A DNA stretch of 64,000 nt from Saccharolobus islandicus REY15A (GCF_000189555.1 NC_017276.1), one strand, 5' to 3'. Counted from the first letter of the stretch, positions 1 to 13,083 are shown. Numbers and translations: made by a program. The notes: generated by a model not told the origin, from the letters alone.

Positions 1-7
1 ACCTAAT

Positions 8-418
8 ATGAGCGAACCATCCTATTTCGTAAGCTTTTGGTTAAGAAAAATACTAGTACCAGTAGATGGTTCTGAGAACAGTTTAAGAGCTCTGGATCTT
101 GCAGTAGACTTCGGTATGAGATACGGTTCAAAGATAACCATAATACATATATGTAGTGACTGTAACAATACCAACGATATACAATCGCTTATTGAAAAAA
201 GGGTAAATAACAAGATCGAATATGATTTAAAAATAGTTAAGATCAACATTAAAGAGTCCAGTGTTTCAAATGAAATTTTGAAAGTAATAAATGAGGAACC
301 TTATGATGCAGTAATAATGGGTGCAAGAGGAACTTCATTGAATAGTGATATAAATATAGGCTCTACAGCTCTAGCAATATCGATCAATGCTCCAGTCTCT
401 GTAATATTAGTCAGATGA
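8..418 (+). CDS. uspA: Universal stress protein (UspA family)
   Basis: [20 protein letters not shown]-terminus and VIMGARG C-terminal Usp motif. Confidence 0.9.
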   Translation: MSEPSYFVSFWLRKILVPVDGSENSLRALDLAVDFGMRYGSKITIIHICSDCNNTNDIQSLIEKRVNNKIEYDLKIVKINIKESSVSNEILKVINEEPYDAVIMGARGTSLNSDINIGSTALAISINAPVSVILVR

Positions 419-1712
419 TTAATTTTAATGATTTAGAAGAATATTTTTCTAGATCTTTCATATCGTCAAATGTATACTTAACCTCTAAGAAATTCTTCCT
501 CATGTCGATTACCTCTTTTTTAACTTCATTAACGTCCTTCTTGTCTATAATCACTTTCTTAAACAACTCAGCAATCTCCTCCATTTCACTTTCTTTCATC
601 CCATATCTGGTCATCTCTTGTACACCTATTCTTAAGCCACTAGGATCGGAAACGTTTTCTGGCTTATCATAAGGCAACAAGTTTTTATTTACTATGATAT
701 TCGCATCTTCTAATAATTTAGCTATCTTATTCCCTCCACCGAATTGTCTTACGTCTACCGCAACTTGATGACTCTTAGTATAGCCTAAATTCTCACCAAT
801 TACCTTAAATCCTCTTTCAGCTAAGGCTTCTGCTAAAGCCTTTGAGTTCCTCGTTATCTGATTAGCGTAGCTCTCACCAAAGTACTTCATCTCGATTGCT
901 GTTACTGCGGTTGCGGGCAATCTATGCAAATGATGATTACTAACAAACCATGGGAATATTGTCCTTGAAACTTGTTTAAAAACTTCCGAACCATTAGAGA
1001 AAATAGCCCCGCCTTGCGGACCAGGAAAAGTCTTATGAGTTGATACAGTCATAATGTCTGCCCCCTCTTTTAGCGGACTACTCCAGACTTTGCCTTCTAT
1101 TAATCCGTATACGTGAGCTGCATCGTAAACCAATTTAGCTCCAACAGCGTGAACATGTGGAGCTAGTTCTTTAGTAGGGTGAGGAAATAGATAAAGACTA
1201 CCTCCAAGTACTACAAATTTCGGTTTAACTTCTTCTATCATCTTTATTGCTTTATCAACATCCACATTGATGTTTTCTTCATCAAATGGCATTTCAATGT
1301 GTTGAATGCCTAAAGCTCCTAATGTTCCGAACTTAGTATGGCTGACATGAGCACCAGCTTGAACTGGAGCTATTAATGCCTTATCTCCTGGCTCAGCTAA
1401 AACTCTAAACACAGCAGCATTTGCTATAGTACCACTAGTAGGTCTCAGATCACAATCCTTCGAGTTTGTTATCTCATTCATCAAATCCATAGCAAGAGTT
1501 TCAATTTCATCCGTATATTTAGTCCCTTGATAATATCTCTTGTAAGGTTTGCCTTCTGCATATCTAGACATGAAGTCGCTCATATATACACTTTCAGCCA
1601 ATGGACTCATTACGTTTTCAGATGCAATAAGATTCAAAGTTTGTGTTCTTCTCCATACGTTTTGTGCCTTAGTAATTTCAAGAACTTTCTCCAATTCTTT
1701 AGGAAATGACAT
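411..1712 (-). CDS. glyA: Serine hydroxymethyltransferase
   Basis: [23 protein letters not shown] (PLP lysine), SGLRIG motifs. Confidence 0.97.
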   Translation of the reverse strand: MSFPKELEKVLEITKAQNVWRRTQTLNLIASENVMSPLAESVYMSDFMSRYAEGKPYKRYYQGTKYTDEIETLAMDLMNEITNSKDCDLRPTSGTIANAAVFRVLAEPGDKALIAPVQAGAHVSHTKFGTLGALGIQHIEMPFDEENINVDVDKAIKMIEEVKPKFVVLGGSLYLFPHPTKELAPHVHAVGAKLVYDAAHVYGLIEGKVWSSPLKEGADIMTVSTHKTFPGPQGGAIFSNGSEVFKQVSRTIFPWFVSNHHLHRLPATAVTAIEMKYFGESYANQITRNSKALAEALAERGFKVIGENLGYTKSHQVAVDVRQFGGGNKIAKLLEDANIIVNKNLLPYDKPENVSDPSGLRIGVQEMTRYGMKESEMEEIAELFKKVIIDKKDVNEVKKEVIDMRKNFLEVKYTFDDMKDLEKYSSKSLKLII

Positions 1713-1754
1713 AAGAGTAAAGTAGTTACAGAATATTTAAATTTTGATAAAAGA

Positions 1755-2987
1755 TTAAACTTTCATTGCTCTTCCAAGTCTAGCATGGGCCTTACCTAAC
1801 TCTCTGTTAGCTAAAGCTGCAAGAAGATTAAGTTCTCCAGATAATACAGTAGAAGCTATTATCTCTGCAAATTTCTTAGCGTTAGAGCTTGGCGGATTTC
1901 CACTACCATAAACTCCCATAATTGATAGTGCCTCTTTCTGTGTAGGTAATCTAGTACCTCCTCCTACAGTCCCTACTTCTAATGAGGGTAATGTAACTGA
2001 TATGTATAAGTCCTCTCCTCTTACTTCAGTCCACGTATATCCAGAACTGCTCTCAACTACTTGGGCTACATCTTGACCAGTAGCAATAAAGATCGCTGTA
2101 ACTATATTCGCGAAATGAGCATTAAATTGAGATAAGGATCCTGCTCTTGCTGTTCCGAGCCAATTCTTTCGCAGATTTATATCGTGAATTAGTTGTGCGT
2201 TAGAGCGTAATACATTTTTTATAACGTCTTTCTTTATGAGTGCCTCTGCCACGACAGTTTTACCTCTACCAAAGAGGCTATTGACATTGGTCTGTTTCTT
2301 GTCACTGCACATATTTCCACTCACAGCTAAACAGTCAGCTGATGGAAAGTTTTCCTCTATGAATTCACACACTTTTTCAACGGCTATAGTAACCATGTTC
2401 ATCCCCATGGCATCACCAGTTTCAAAGGAGAATCTTAACCAAACGTTATTGCCCAGTACGAAAGGTGTGATAGATTTTAATCTGCCGTGACTGGAAGTAG
2501 AATCTGCTACGTTCTTTATCTTTTCCACATTTTCCTCTATAAACTTTAGAAAATTTGGTATTTCTTCTATTGAATCAAACCTAAAGACAGGAGCTCTGGT
2601 CATTTCATCTTTTAAAACCTTAGCCCTAACTCCTCCGCTCAGCGTCGCAGCCTTACTACCTCTATTTACACTCGCTATTAGTGCACCTTCTGTTGTTGCT
2701 AGAGGGACGTAAAAATCACCCTTGGCGTAATCACCATTAACCCTAATCGGTCCAACTATACCTAGTGGTATTTGAACTGCTCCAATAACATTTTCTGCAT
2801 TTTTATTTTTTATTTCACTATAATCAATAACTGTAGAACCGATTGAGGGAAGGCCAATTCCTAAGATTTTCTCTAACGCAAGTCTCCTTGCAACCATCGC
2901 AGCATTTGCTTCTAATAAATTGTCAATCTCGTGAAAAGAAATTTCTCCCTTTATTAGTTTTTCTACGACTTCGTCAATTTTCATCAT
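1755..2987 (-). CDS. hmgA: HMG-CoA reductase (class I, NADPH)
   Basis: [31 protein letters not shown] motifs. Confidence 0.97.
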   Translation of the reverse strand: MMKIDEVVEKLIKGEISFHEIDNLLEANAAMVARRLALEKILGIGLPSIGSTVIDYSEIKNKNAENVIGAVQIPLGIVGPIRVNGDYAKGDFYVPLATTEGALIASVNRGSKAATLSGGVRAKVLKDEMTRAPVFRFDSIEEIPNFLKFIEENVEKIKNVADSTSSHGRLKSITPFVLGNNVWLRFSFETGDAMGMNMVTIAVEKVCEFIEENFPSADCLAVSGNMCSDKKQTNVNSLFGRGKTVVAEALIKKDVIKNVLRSNAQLIHDINLRKNWLGTARAGSLSQFNAHFANIVTAIFIATGQDVAQVVESSSGYTWTEVRGEDLYISVTLPSLEVGTVGGGTRLPTQKEALSIMGVYGSGNPPSSNAKKFAEIIASTVLSGELNLLAALANRELGKAHARLGRAMKV

Positions 2988-3382
2988 TCAGCTACCCTAA
3001 ACTTTATGCCATACTGTATTAAACCATTATATGAATCCGTGTAGACTCTCCTTAATGTAGCTTCTACCTTAGCTCCTTCTTTTAGTTTATCCAAATCTGC
3101 ATCTACTATAGGTGCAACTATTTCTACACCCTCGTCTAATCTAACTAGCCCAATAACGCTTGGAAGTCCTTTTTCATGTCCATCTCTAGATTGATATGAA
3201 ACAGTATAGGATTCTAAGATCCCCTTACCACTTATTTCAATCTTCTTAACGTTTTTACTACCGCATTTAGTACAATATGATGAATAAGGAAAGCTTATAT
3301 GTCCGCAACTTTCACACTTGCTCGCTGTTAGCTTGTACATGAATCTTTTGTTTCTCCAAACTTGAGGAGGAGCTATCTTCAT
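2984..3382 (-). CDS. DUF35 Zn-ribbon/OB-fold protein (thiolase-HMGS complex partner)
   Basis: CxxCG..FP...CxxCGS Zn ribbon plus OB fold; located between thiolase and hmgA. Confidence 0.9.
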   Translation of the reverse strand: MKIAPPQVWRNKRFMYKLTASKCESCGHISFPYSSYCTKCGSKNVKKIEISGKGILESYTVSYQSRDGHEKGLPSVIGLVRLDEGVEIVAPIVDADLDKLKEGAKVEATLRRVYTDSYNGLIQYGIKFRVAE

Positions 3383-3387
3383 TTAGA

Positions 3388-4466
3388 TCACCTCGATAAA
3401 CTAATACCATAACTTACTATACCTAAGTCGTCTGAGGAAATTACGAGATAATCATCAACATTAGCCTTTTTGCCTTTGAACGAACCAATTAGTTGCATAT
3501 GAGCCTCAGCGAGTTGATATAAGGTAGTAGCTCCACCAGCATGTCCTCTGGCTTTAAGCCCTCCACTTAAATTGACATTAACGTTATCTAAGTTATATAG
3601 GGACTTGCCACTCTCAAATACTCCCGATTCCTCTAACATTAATGCAGCCATAATACTATAGGAATCATGAATATCAATTCCAGTCTTCTCAGTGAGTCTC
3701 ATACCTAGCTTGTTCCTTAACATTTTTACAGAAGGCAAAGATGGAGAAAATTCATACCTAGCTTGTGCGGAGACAATCCGATTGATCTTAACAGAGGACT
3801 CAGTCTTGTTGCTTGAAAGTAAGACTATTGCAGCCCCATCTGCTCTAGCGCCAACGTCGAATAATCTTACAGGATCTGAGATTATCTGCGAATTAATTAC
3901 AGTATTTAAGTCCACCGGGAATCTTAAATACGCGAAAGGATTTTCTGCCGCGTTTTTGTGCATCTTAATAGCCCAATTTGCAAAATAATTTCCATCAACA
4001 TTATACTTTTTCATATATTGTCTCATTAATAAGGCAGCTACTGAGTGGGAAGAGATACCATTGTAATACATATAGTCATCCAAATTTGTAGCTATTGCAT
4101 CATAAAGATACTTGGAAGGGTAATCTGATTGCTTTTCAACTCCTATTATTAGAATTGAATTTACCATACCGCTCTTAATCATTGAATAAGCGGTAAGTAA
4201 AGCGACACCTCCACTGGCATCGGCATTGTCCACCTTAATAGCGGGTACATTAGGTTTCCCTATCTTTTCTGCAATCTTTGGTGCAATCAAGGATGCGTTA
4301 TTCAGTTTTTGTGAATAGGCGTTAGCGACTACAATTAAATCAATGTTATTTACATCATATTCTCCTTCAAAGTTCTTATAAGCCTCAATCACTAAATCAT
4401 AAATGTCATACTCATAATATCTATCAATTGGTATCATTGATGAGGAATTAATGTAAACCTCTGTCA

Positions 4467-4467
<1 letters not shown>
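3388..4467 (-). CDS. Acetyl-CoA C-acetyltransferase (thiolase family)
   Basis: VNLSGGLKARGH motif and DGAAIVLL; in mevalonate operon (catalytic Cys position reads NADASGG, so it is divergent). Confidence 0.85.
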
Positions 4468-5525
<1,058 letters not shown>

Positions 5526-5625
5526 CTAACTGCTTTAATCAAATATAAGGTTTTCGATTTTTGTCTATGAGCCTATAGACAGTTGACGAATGAATTAAAA
5601 AACAAATAGAGATTAATATAAAAAA

Positions 5626-6030
5626 CTATTGTGAACTCCTATCGGCATAAAACATTTGATAACGTTTGGGATTGAGGGCATTTACTATGTGAGCAAATGC
5701 AGATTGTGGATCACTATCTTCACCACATGTATAAACATCAAGAGTAGCATAGTTATACTCATTCCACGTGTGAAGCGCTATATGACTCTCCTCCACTAGG
5801 GCTATAACCGAAACCCCTCCTTTTTTACCACCAAAAGACCAAGCTTTAATTTCCACTAGCTTCATATGAGCTATATTTACAGCTTCTAGGACTAGCTTCT
5901 CTAGAAACTCCTTGTCGTTAAGTCTCTCAGCATCGATGTCATATAGGTTGCCAAACACATGTTTTCCTATTATTCTGTCTTCTTTGCCTTCGGGGGAATT
6001 ATTTTTTTGTAATACCTCCTGTTCTGACAT
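5626..6030 (-). CDS. Pyruvoyl-dependent decarboxylase proenzyme of the SpeD fold (probably the crenarchaeal arginine decarboxylase paralog)
   Basis: ESHIALHTW self-cleavage motif and DVYTCG; 134 aa with acidic N-terminal extension. Confidence 0.85.
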
Positions 6031-6141
6031 CTTTCTTTCTTATGCCCCCATCTCATTCTCAACAATATGAGAATAATAAGTGTATCTATCCCCATAAACC
6101 TTAGGATAAACGTTATAACTAGCTAATAAGTAGTACACGTA

Positions 6142-6960
6142 ATGACAAAAAGTATCGGGATTGGAACCATTTTGATAATAATAAGTATAATTATAATTGG
6201 ATCTGTTGCAACAATATTTTATCTTGAGAACACTGATGTTAATATTTCAATAAATCCGCTATATTGGAGAATATATTCAAATAGTTACGAAGTGATAGCG
6301 TTCTCGATAACAGCTATAAACAACGCTCCATTAACCCAAACGCTAAATATAACGCTATTATCACTTTATCTCATTCCAGGATCAAATGGAGTATTAAAGC
6401 CATTAGCCAACTCAACAACAATAATCGTAAAACCACACTCTTCCTCAACAACAATAATTTATTTAGCTTTCTCTTCTTCAACACTACTTCCAGAGATAGA
6501 GAAGTTTACAGTATTAGTACACGGACTTTACGGCTATTCAAAACAATTTGGTAATGTGAATACGATTTACACTACAGACTTAACTAGAAGTATGGCAATA
6601 TTTATGGGAATTAATCAAAACCAATTCCCATATTTTTCAATAGTGGGAAGCTTTACTCCAACTGCGAATTTCAACTACAGTTATAATATAGTATATTATC
6701 AATACAATTATACTTCGAATACTTCATTCCTACTTACAAAGTTCACCATATCGCCATTGGGTAACCAATATCTTCAACCAGGAAACTACAACGTAACATT
6801 TAGTTACTTAGATCATATCAACTCCTTCTTAATTAATATTCCAAGAAGTGCTCCAGCATATTTCTACTTACCAGTGCCCATGGCAGACTTCAATATGACA
6901 GTGATTTTACAAGGTCAAGGAGTTAAATATCAAGGTTATTTCACGGTAACCTTGGGATAG
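6142..6960 (+). CDS. Membrane-anchored/secreted hypothetical protein
   Basis: N-terminal hydrophobic helix; Asn/Thr/Tyr-rich with N-glycosylation sequons. Confidence 0.75.
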   Translation: MTKSIGIGTILIIISIIIIGSVATIFYLENTDVNISINPLYWRIYSNSYEVIAFSITAINNAPLTQTLNITLLSLYLIPGSNGVLKPLANSTTIIVKPHSSSTTIIYLAFSSSTLLPEIEKFTVLVHGLYGYSKQFGNVNTIYTTDLTRSMAIFMGINQNQFPYFSIVGSFTPTANFNYSYNIVYYQYNYTSNTSFLLTKFTISPLGNQYLQPGNYNVTFSYLDHINSFLINIPRSAPAYFYLPVPMADFNMTVILQGQGVKYQGYFTVTLG

Positions 6961-7002
6961 ATAAGAAAAACTTTTTAGGTAAATGACGAAAGATCTTATA
7001 AG

Positions 7003-7095
<93 letters not shown>

Positions 7096-7153
7096 CTAAC
7101 GTATTTTTGACGTAATTTTTAACGGCTTATCTGATGATTATATCAGATAAAAA

Positions 7154-7622
7154 ATGAACTTTGATGTTTCACAGCTTGATAATGAAACTAGACTAAAGAT
7201 TTTGGAATACGTTATAAAAGAAAAGAGAATCGATTACGATAAACTAGGAATTTCCAGGGTAATGTTCTGGTATTATAAGAAGGGTAAATACAAGATACCA
7301 GATGAAGTAATAAACAAGGCTATACAATTCCTGACTCCAGACGAACTGAGCAAATTTATAGTAGGAATAGACATCGAAAAAGTTGGCTATAACGAGGCAA
7401 TGGCTGTAATCATGAAGGCGTTAAAGGATCCAGAGTTCCGGGAGATCTTTCTAGCATTACTTCAACGTAACTTAGGAGACTATATACGCTCAGCGAGTTA
7501 CTCTTATGTTGTATCGAAAGAAGACTTAGAGCTGTTTAAAAAAGTGATTTCTAAGAGGAGCAAAAACACTTATGAAGATTATTGGCGTTATATTAACCGC
7601 CTCCTAAAGGACCTAAATTACA
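7154..7622 (+). pseudogene. int: pNOB8-type tyrosine integrase, N-terminal half only
   Basis: HTH-like N-terminus (KLGISRVMFWYYKKGKYKIPDEVI) and KDPEFR..FL.LL...LGDYIRSAS.SYVV typical of non-partitioning Sulfolobus plasmid integrases; sequence switches to IS-derived DNA at about 7622, so the catalytic domain is missing. Confidence 0.75.
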
Positions 7623-7690
7623 AAAAGTGGGGGTTAAGGGGGCGAAAAGCCTCGCCAGCGGGGATGGATAGCCCCCTTATATTTAAATAT
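7622..7690 (+). mobile_element. Remnant end of a tnpB-carrying IS (IS200/IS605 or IS607 type)
   Basis: GGGGGTTAAGGGGGCG..AAAGCCTCGCC..GGGGATGGATAGCCCC; near-identical copy at about 15558-15620. Confidence 0.5.
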
Positions 7691-7767
7691 TTCTTAGCAG
7701 TTGTTCTACTTTTCCTCGGTAATACAAAGTTCACGGTACTATCGATAAAGTTTTTAGATTTACGTTA

Positions 7768-8809
7768 GTATTTCCGGGAAGTTCTTAGACCTCAATTTTA
7801 TCTAATCCTAAGTACGTTATTATATTAAGATTAAACCTATACTTATTTTCCTCAAAGAACTACTTAATACAGTTTTTTAACGTCCTTTATCGTATAAAAT
7901 ATTTTATTACTCATGTAGTCCTTGAGGGACTTGAAGACTGCCTCGGCCATGTTAAGCTCGGGCGAATAAGGAGGAGTAAATATGGGATGAATGCCCTTCC
8001 TACGACAAACCTCAAGCGTACCCTTAGTCTTATGAGGAGAATAATTATCCATAACCATTTAGACCCTTCCACTACCAAAACGTCTCTTAAAGTACCTCAA
8101 GAAGTACTTAACAGACTCAGAATTAGGCCTCCTAACAAGAGAAACAACTACTTCACCAGTCCAAGCGTTTACAGCAAGAATGACATAGATCGAAGAAAAA
8201 CCTATATTGACGTGCATTACGGGCTTACTACCAATCTTAAAACCTTCCGGATCGACGTGCTAATTACTGCCCTACTCTCGTCTGGAAAGAAGAGAGCCTC
8301 TTCTTCCAACTTCTTTATTTTTTTTAAAGTCTTCCCACATGTCCTTTCTTGCTTGAACGTTAGTAGGCCTAGGTTTTACTAGATTGTATCCTAGTTCGTG
8401 AACTATCTCGTATAGCCTGGATTTCTTGTACTCTATTCCTTGTTGTAGTAGTGCTATTTTTAGTGTTCTCATTGTCCAGTACTCTTCTTGTATTCCGTAT
8501 TTTTGAGGCTGGTCTTCCAGAATTTGTTTTATTTTTTCTTCCTCAGCTTTTCTCGGTCTTCCCGATCTGGGCTTGTCTCTTAGTCCATCAAGACCTTCTT
8601 TCTTGTACTTGCCAACCCACAATTTTATTGTGGAATAACCCTTGTTCAGCATTTTCGAAACTTCTTTCTCCGATTTACCGTCAACCACATGCAGCTTCAC
8701 CGCAAGAATCCTCTCCTTAATTCCTGCGTCCTTCTCTTCCTCGTAAGCTTGAACCAAATCTTGTATAATTCAATTTGGTAATACTAGGCTATAAACTTTT
8801 CGGAAATAC
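7768..8809 (-). mobile_element. IS630-family element (about 1.04 kb), transposase pseudogene
   Basis: Terminal IRs GTATTTCCG...CGGAAATAC flanked by TA/TA; HTH ORF 8272-8757 plus DDE fragments (DES, MDN, AEAVF) broken by frameshifts and a TAA. Confidence 0.9.
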
Positions 8810-9345
8810 TAACGATAGACATAGAAAGTTTCGGAAACTCCAGCTGTAACAGTAGAAGACGACGATGACCCAGACCCTGGCGTCACTGTAATAGTTAATG
8901 AATATGATACTTGTTCTGTTTGAGTAGCGTATTGACAATACTGCCATGCATTATTAGGAGATGTATTGTATATCCATGTGTTGGGAGGGTTATTGGTTAT
9001 ATTAATATACTGAATCATCGTAGGACCATTACTATCTCCTAACCCTCCATCATCTTCATACCAACACCCAGAAGCGGCGACTAAACCCTGATTTACTACA
9101 AATATAGGCAGTATTGTCTCACCATTTAACGTTACTGTACCATCAGCGTAATATATGTTTACTTGATCTGCTACAACTGTATGATTAGTATCTGCACCTA
9201 TATAAGCCCATTTAGTAGAAATTACGAGGATGAGATTTTTAGTCGTATCTGAAGTAGTATAAGCATCAGTCCTTGTGATTAAAAGCATTGTAGTCAATAT
9301 TATTAATAACGTGACTATTCTTAAGATTTTTTTACTTTTCCACAT
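8809..9345 (-). CDS. Secreted hypothetical protein
   Basis: Basic-hydrophobic signal peptide and Thr/Ser-rich body; stop codon overlaps the IS630 TA target. Confidence 0.7.
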   Translation of the reverse strand: MWKSKKILRIVTLLIILTTMLLITRTDAYTTSDTTKNLILVISTKWAYIGADTNHTVVADQVNIYYADGTVTLNGETILPIFVVNQGLVAASGCWYEDDGGLGDSNGPTMIQYINITNNPPNTWIYNTSPNNAWQYCQYATQTEQVSYSLTITVTPGSGSSSSSTVTAGVSETFYVYR

Positions 9346-9716
9346 CTTATTTTTTTATCTTGGAGATATATAAACTTTAACTTTAAAGACATAGATGACA
9401 ACTGAGCTTCTTTGTGTTCGTTAATAAGACAAACAATCTGTCACTCTTTCTTTAACTAAGTTGCTTTTAAACTAATAGAGAGGCTAATTAATATAATCTT
9501 CTACTTTAACTATATCACCGTCTAAAATTTTTTCTCTTGTTTTTACAGTAGGGACGAGGTGGCTTCAACTGCTTATCTTAGGATTATCTTAAACCACGCT
9601 CAAAAAAGTTACCTTATACCTCACCTTCGCATCTGTATATAATGTGAGAAGGTGCATGTACACGAGTTTACTCGTAGAACGAATCAATCAGGGAACCTTC
9701 CTTTATTACGAGGAGG

Positions 9717-11198
9717 TTACCTTCTCCTTCTTGCCCTGAAACGATGAGATTTATGTTTACGTAACCTTTTCATCCATCTAATAAGCTTTCTTAAGGCCCA
9801 TATTATCACGGCTATGATGACTATTATTATTCCTAAACCTAGTGCGATATCTTCTATAGACTGATTTGTGAGCGAATTTTCAGTGTTCTGTAAGCTTAGT
9901 GTAGTATTTTCTATAGACTGATTTGTGAGCGAATTTTCAGTGTTCGGAAAGAACAGTTCAGGTACTGCACTAGCACCTTGAGTGTAGAAGTTATCATTCC
10001 CTAAAGTTACGTAGGCGTGACCGTTTACAAATACCGTTTGAAGGTTATCTGCGGACTCCTCTGTATCCGATCCAAATGTATATAGAGGATATGGATAGAC
10101 GTAATTACCGTTGGGTAATTCCATAGCTAAGGCTAAACTTGCGTTTAAAGAGTTAAAGTATGTATATTCTCCATTAGATTCTCCACCAAAGACTAATTCG
10201 AGGTCGTAAAAATGATTATCTCCAGTCATATTCATCGGGTCTATTAGCATATAGGCTGAGGTTACATCATTAACGTGTATTGTGACGTTGTCATACCATA
10301 TTACTCCGCCTCCTTTATTATAACCAAAAGAAACTATTACTCCGTTAGGAGTTACATTCTGTAGCTTTATATGTAGAATAACTGAGAAAGGAAATGTGTA
10401 GTTAAATCCTCCAACCGTATAACCATAATAATAACCGTGTTGCTCATCAGAAAAGTACACTGCACCATTACCGGTCACGCTCGAGTTGGTCAGAAGAGAA
10501 GGTCTTAATGTAGAGTTCCATACATTGTCATCTATACAGTAATAGTCTCCAGATGTAATGAATGTTATTACGTTTTGCAACCAGAACTGGTAACTGCTCA
10601 TCTCTGTGTTGATCTGTAGCATGACGTTTAGCTGTAAGCTAGCTCCATATGGATTTACTTGAGCAGGGGGTGTGGAGTTATAAGCCGAGATAGAATAAAG
10701 AGTGGCATAACCAATTGCTTCCTCGTACTTAACTGTAGTGTAATTCACAAAATTAGAGCCATTATATTCCCCGTAATACACTATGCCTATAGGAGCCGGA
10801 AGGGACTGACGAATATAGTATAAATCAACCGGTATAGAGGTATAATCAACCTTGACTGTGACGTCTTCTCCGCTTACGTTATTATAAATCACTATGTAAT
10901 AGCTACCTGGGTCCGATATTTCAAAGGTTTCAGCTTGGCTTACTTTAATGTAAAGGGATGAGGCTGAATACCCATTTCTAAAGCTATAGAAATCCTGTGG
11001 ATCCATGATCATAATAGTGACCAAGTTTGAGGCTGTTACGTTGAATATATAAACTTGCCCTTTAACAATGTTCACGCTGAAACAGTCGTAATAATTGGGG
11101 AGAAGTGTTATTTTTTCTGGATTGAATTGATATACAAAGGCTATTGATACTATTGAAGATATGAAGAAAGCAAGAAAAAGAATTAGAATGAGTCTCAT
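9717..11198 (-). CDS. Thermopsin-family (A5) protease, membrane anchored
   Basis: ASLQLNVML, QFWLQNVI, DLELVFGG, FGSDTEESA motifs; signal peptide, C-terminal TM helix and Arg/Lys tail. Confidence 0.85.
   Translation of the reverse strand: MRLILILFLAFFISSIVSIAFVYQFNPEKITLLPNYYDCFSVNIVKGQVYIFNVTASNLVTIMIMDPQDFYSFRNGYSASSLYIKVSQAETFEISDPGSYYIVIYNNVSGEDVTVKVDYTSIPVDLYYIRQSLPAPIGIVYYGEYNGSNFVNYTTVKYEEAIGYATLYSISAYNSTPPAQVNPYGASLQLNVMLQINTEMSSYQFWLQNVITFITSGDYYCIDDNVWNSTLRPSLLTNSSVTGNGAVYFSDEQHGYYYGYTVGGFNYTFPFSVILHIKLQNVTPNGVIVSFGYNKGGGVIWYDNVTIHVNDVTSAYMLIDPMNMTGDNHFYDLELVFGGESNGEYTYFNSLNASLALAMELPNGNYVYPYPLYTFGSDTEESADNLQTVFVNGHAYVTLGNDNFYTQGASAVPELFFPNTENSLTNQSIENTTLSLQNTENSLTNQSIEDIALGLGIIIVIIAVIIWALRKLIRWMKRLRKHKSHRFRARRRR
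9852..9945. repeat. 37-bp perfect direct repeat (9852-9888, 9909-9945) encoding NTENSLTNQSIE twice
   Basis: Visible in DNA and protein; 57-bp period, in frame. Confidence 0.9.
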
Positions 11199-11452
11199 GT
11201 GAATTGAAATGGCATTAAATATTATTAAGTATTGTGGGGCTTATTTTTGATCTGGCTTTTCTTGTTAGGGAATTATGGAAAACAGTCCATGCATATTACA
11301 TCTTAGAATACTACACGCTAAGTATGACTCCTTAGTTAACTTACCAGTAATCACACTCCCCTTGATCAGATACTCGTCTACATACTATTGATTGCTTAAC
11401 TATGCTACTCACCATGTATAAACTCCTTAACTATGTTAAGCCGGAGTGTGGA

Positions 11453-11660
11453 GATAGTGTCGTCGTTAAGCTATTTATATTTGTATAACCAGTATTACTT
11501 ATGGGTAGGAAGGCTGTAGTTAGGCAAGACGTTTCTTGCCCCTCTTGTGGTAGTCATCATGTTGTTAAGTGTGGTAGGCCTTTGGGTAGGCAGAGGTATT
11601 TGTGTAGGGATTGCGGTAGATACTTCTTGGGTGATGCTACTTACCATCATCATTCCAAGA
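11453..11660 (+). mobile_element. IS1-family fragment (left end plus InsA-like Zn-ribbon N-terminus)
   Basis: CPSCGS..VVKCG...GRQRYLCRDCGRYF; truncated by an IS630 end. Confidence 0.75.
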
Positions 11661-11663
11661 TGA

Positions 11664-11696
11664 TAATACTAGGCTATAAACTTTTCGGAAATACTA
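11664..11696. mobile_element. Isolated IS630 terminal fragment
   Basis: TAATACTAGGCTATAAACTTTTCGGAAATACTA is identical to 8779-8811. Confidence 0.85.
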
Positions 11697-11737
11697 ACGT
11701 TTTATTACACTTTAAAACGTTTTGGAATTTAATTTTT

Positions 11738-11767
11738 ACCCACCCCTTGGAAGGGGCGAGGCTTGTC
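11738..11767 (-). mobile_element. IS200/IS605-type subterminal hairpin remnant
   Basis: Reverse complement AAGCCTCGCCCCTTCCAAGGGGTGGG resembles the hairpin at 27581-27619. Confidence 0.45.
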
Positions 11768-11910
11768 GTTCGTTTTGTCAGTCTCTCCTCCTACTTCTTT
11801 TTAATTCTCAAATTCACTGAGCCGCTTATTAGATGAATTACTATAACAATGTATACAGTTAGCATTACAATAATTATTAGTTAAATCATAAGTTATTTGA
11901 ATTGGATATT

Positions 11911-13083
11911 TTAGAGTGCTTTAACTTCATATGCAATCACTAATGGTATAACTCCTACTAACGAAAGTATTCCTACAGCTATGTATGTAAAACTGTATCC
12001 ATAAGCATCAATTAAGTATCCTATTAATGGAGGAACTAGTATATACACTATCCTAATTATGAATGAAAGGGAGGAGAGTGTAGTAGCTCTATAGTTGCTA
12101 GGTATTAATTCATTCTCCCATGAGATAATATTTGATGAGCGTATAGGATAAATTAACGATAAGCCAAACAGAAGCAATAGTATCAGAATTAAGTTACTAA
12201 TTGATAACATCAATACGAAAAGTGATAATAAAAATACTGAAAATATGGTAATTAACCTATGATTTACCCTTTTCAATAACTTCTCGTTTATATAACCACC
12301 TAAAGCAACCGTTAAGAAATAAGCTGACAAGATAAATCCCCAATACTTTTGGGGAAATCTTAACATATTTACTACATACGGTGAGACGAACTGCATCCAC
12401 GCTACTAACGGAAATACTGTAAAAATTGAGGAAACTAATAATGCTAATAATGGTCTTTTACTTAATACGTATTTTACACCTTCTTTCATAATTCTTTGAG
12501 TAGGTAACGTCATTGTCTTTTCTCCCTTATTATCTTCACTAAATAATGCAATAGGTAAAGTTAGTAACATTATGAATCCAGCCACTAGAATGGGCAAATT
12601 TAGCTTATGATATAAAAGCACTAAAATACCAGCGAGTATATTTCCTAAAAATCCAGAAATCCCATTTACTATCTGCTGTCTTGAAAAAATTTTAGGTACT
12701 TTTTCACGTGAATTTAAAGAGTCTACAATCCACGCCTCTAACGTATTCGAGTAAATACCTAATCCTATACCCATTATTCCATAGGATAAAAACACAAAAA
12801 TTGGCGATGATGAGATGGATAAGCCAATTAATCCTAGACTGTAGATTAATGTACCTATTGCGAAAATCTTAAGCCTTCCATATTTATCTGCAAATGCAGA
12901 GGATGGCACATCTACTGGTAATGTTAAAATCATGTATACTGAAGTGATTAAACCTATTTCCGTGAAAGACAATCCTATACTATAAAACCATAGTATTAGA
13001 TATGCTCCCATTAATTGTAATGAGAATGAAATTATAAATGAAATTGAAAGAAACGAGAATTCATAATTTCTTAATACACCCAT
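11911..13083 (-). CDS. Major facilitator superfamily transporter
   Basis: About 12 TM helices; ADKYGR motif A; RATTLS. Confidence 0.9.
   Translation of the reverse strand: MGVLRNYEFSFLSISFIISFSLQLMGAYLILWFYSIGLSFTEIGLITSVYMILTLPVDVPSSAFADKYGRLKIFAIGTLIYSLGLIGLSISSSPIFVFLSYGIMGIGLGIYSNTLEAWIVDSLNSREKVPKIFSRQQIVNGISGFLGNILAGILVLLYHKLNLPILVAGFIMLLTLPIALFSEDNKGEKTMTLPTQRIMKEGVKYVLSKRPLLALLVSSIFTVFPLVAWMQFVSPYVVNMLRFPQKYWGFILSAYFLTVALGGYINEKLLKRVNHRLITIFSVFLLSLFVLMLSISNLILILLLLFGLSLIYPIRSSNIISWENELIPSNYRATTLSSLSFIIRIVYILVPPLIGYLIDAYGYSFTYIAVGILSLVGVIPLVIAYEVKAL

Noticed and set aside
7623-7768. C-terminal 47 aa of ORF 7154-7768 as part of the integrase
   Set aside because: Read-through into IS-end DNA; no tyrosine-recombinase catalytic residues.
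8809-9345. Sulfolobicin (SulA/SulB) assignment for the secreted protein
   Set aside because: No recognisable similarity can be established without a search, and there is no partner gene.
11260-11415. Possible minimal nucleotidyltransferase remnant (YVDEYLIKGSVITGKLT) on the minus strand
   Set aside because: Too short and frameshifted to assign with confidence.
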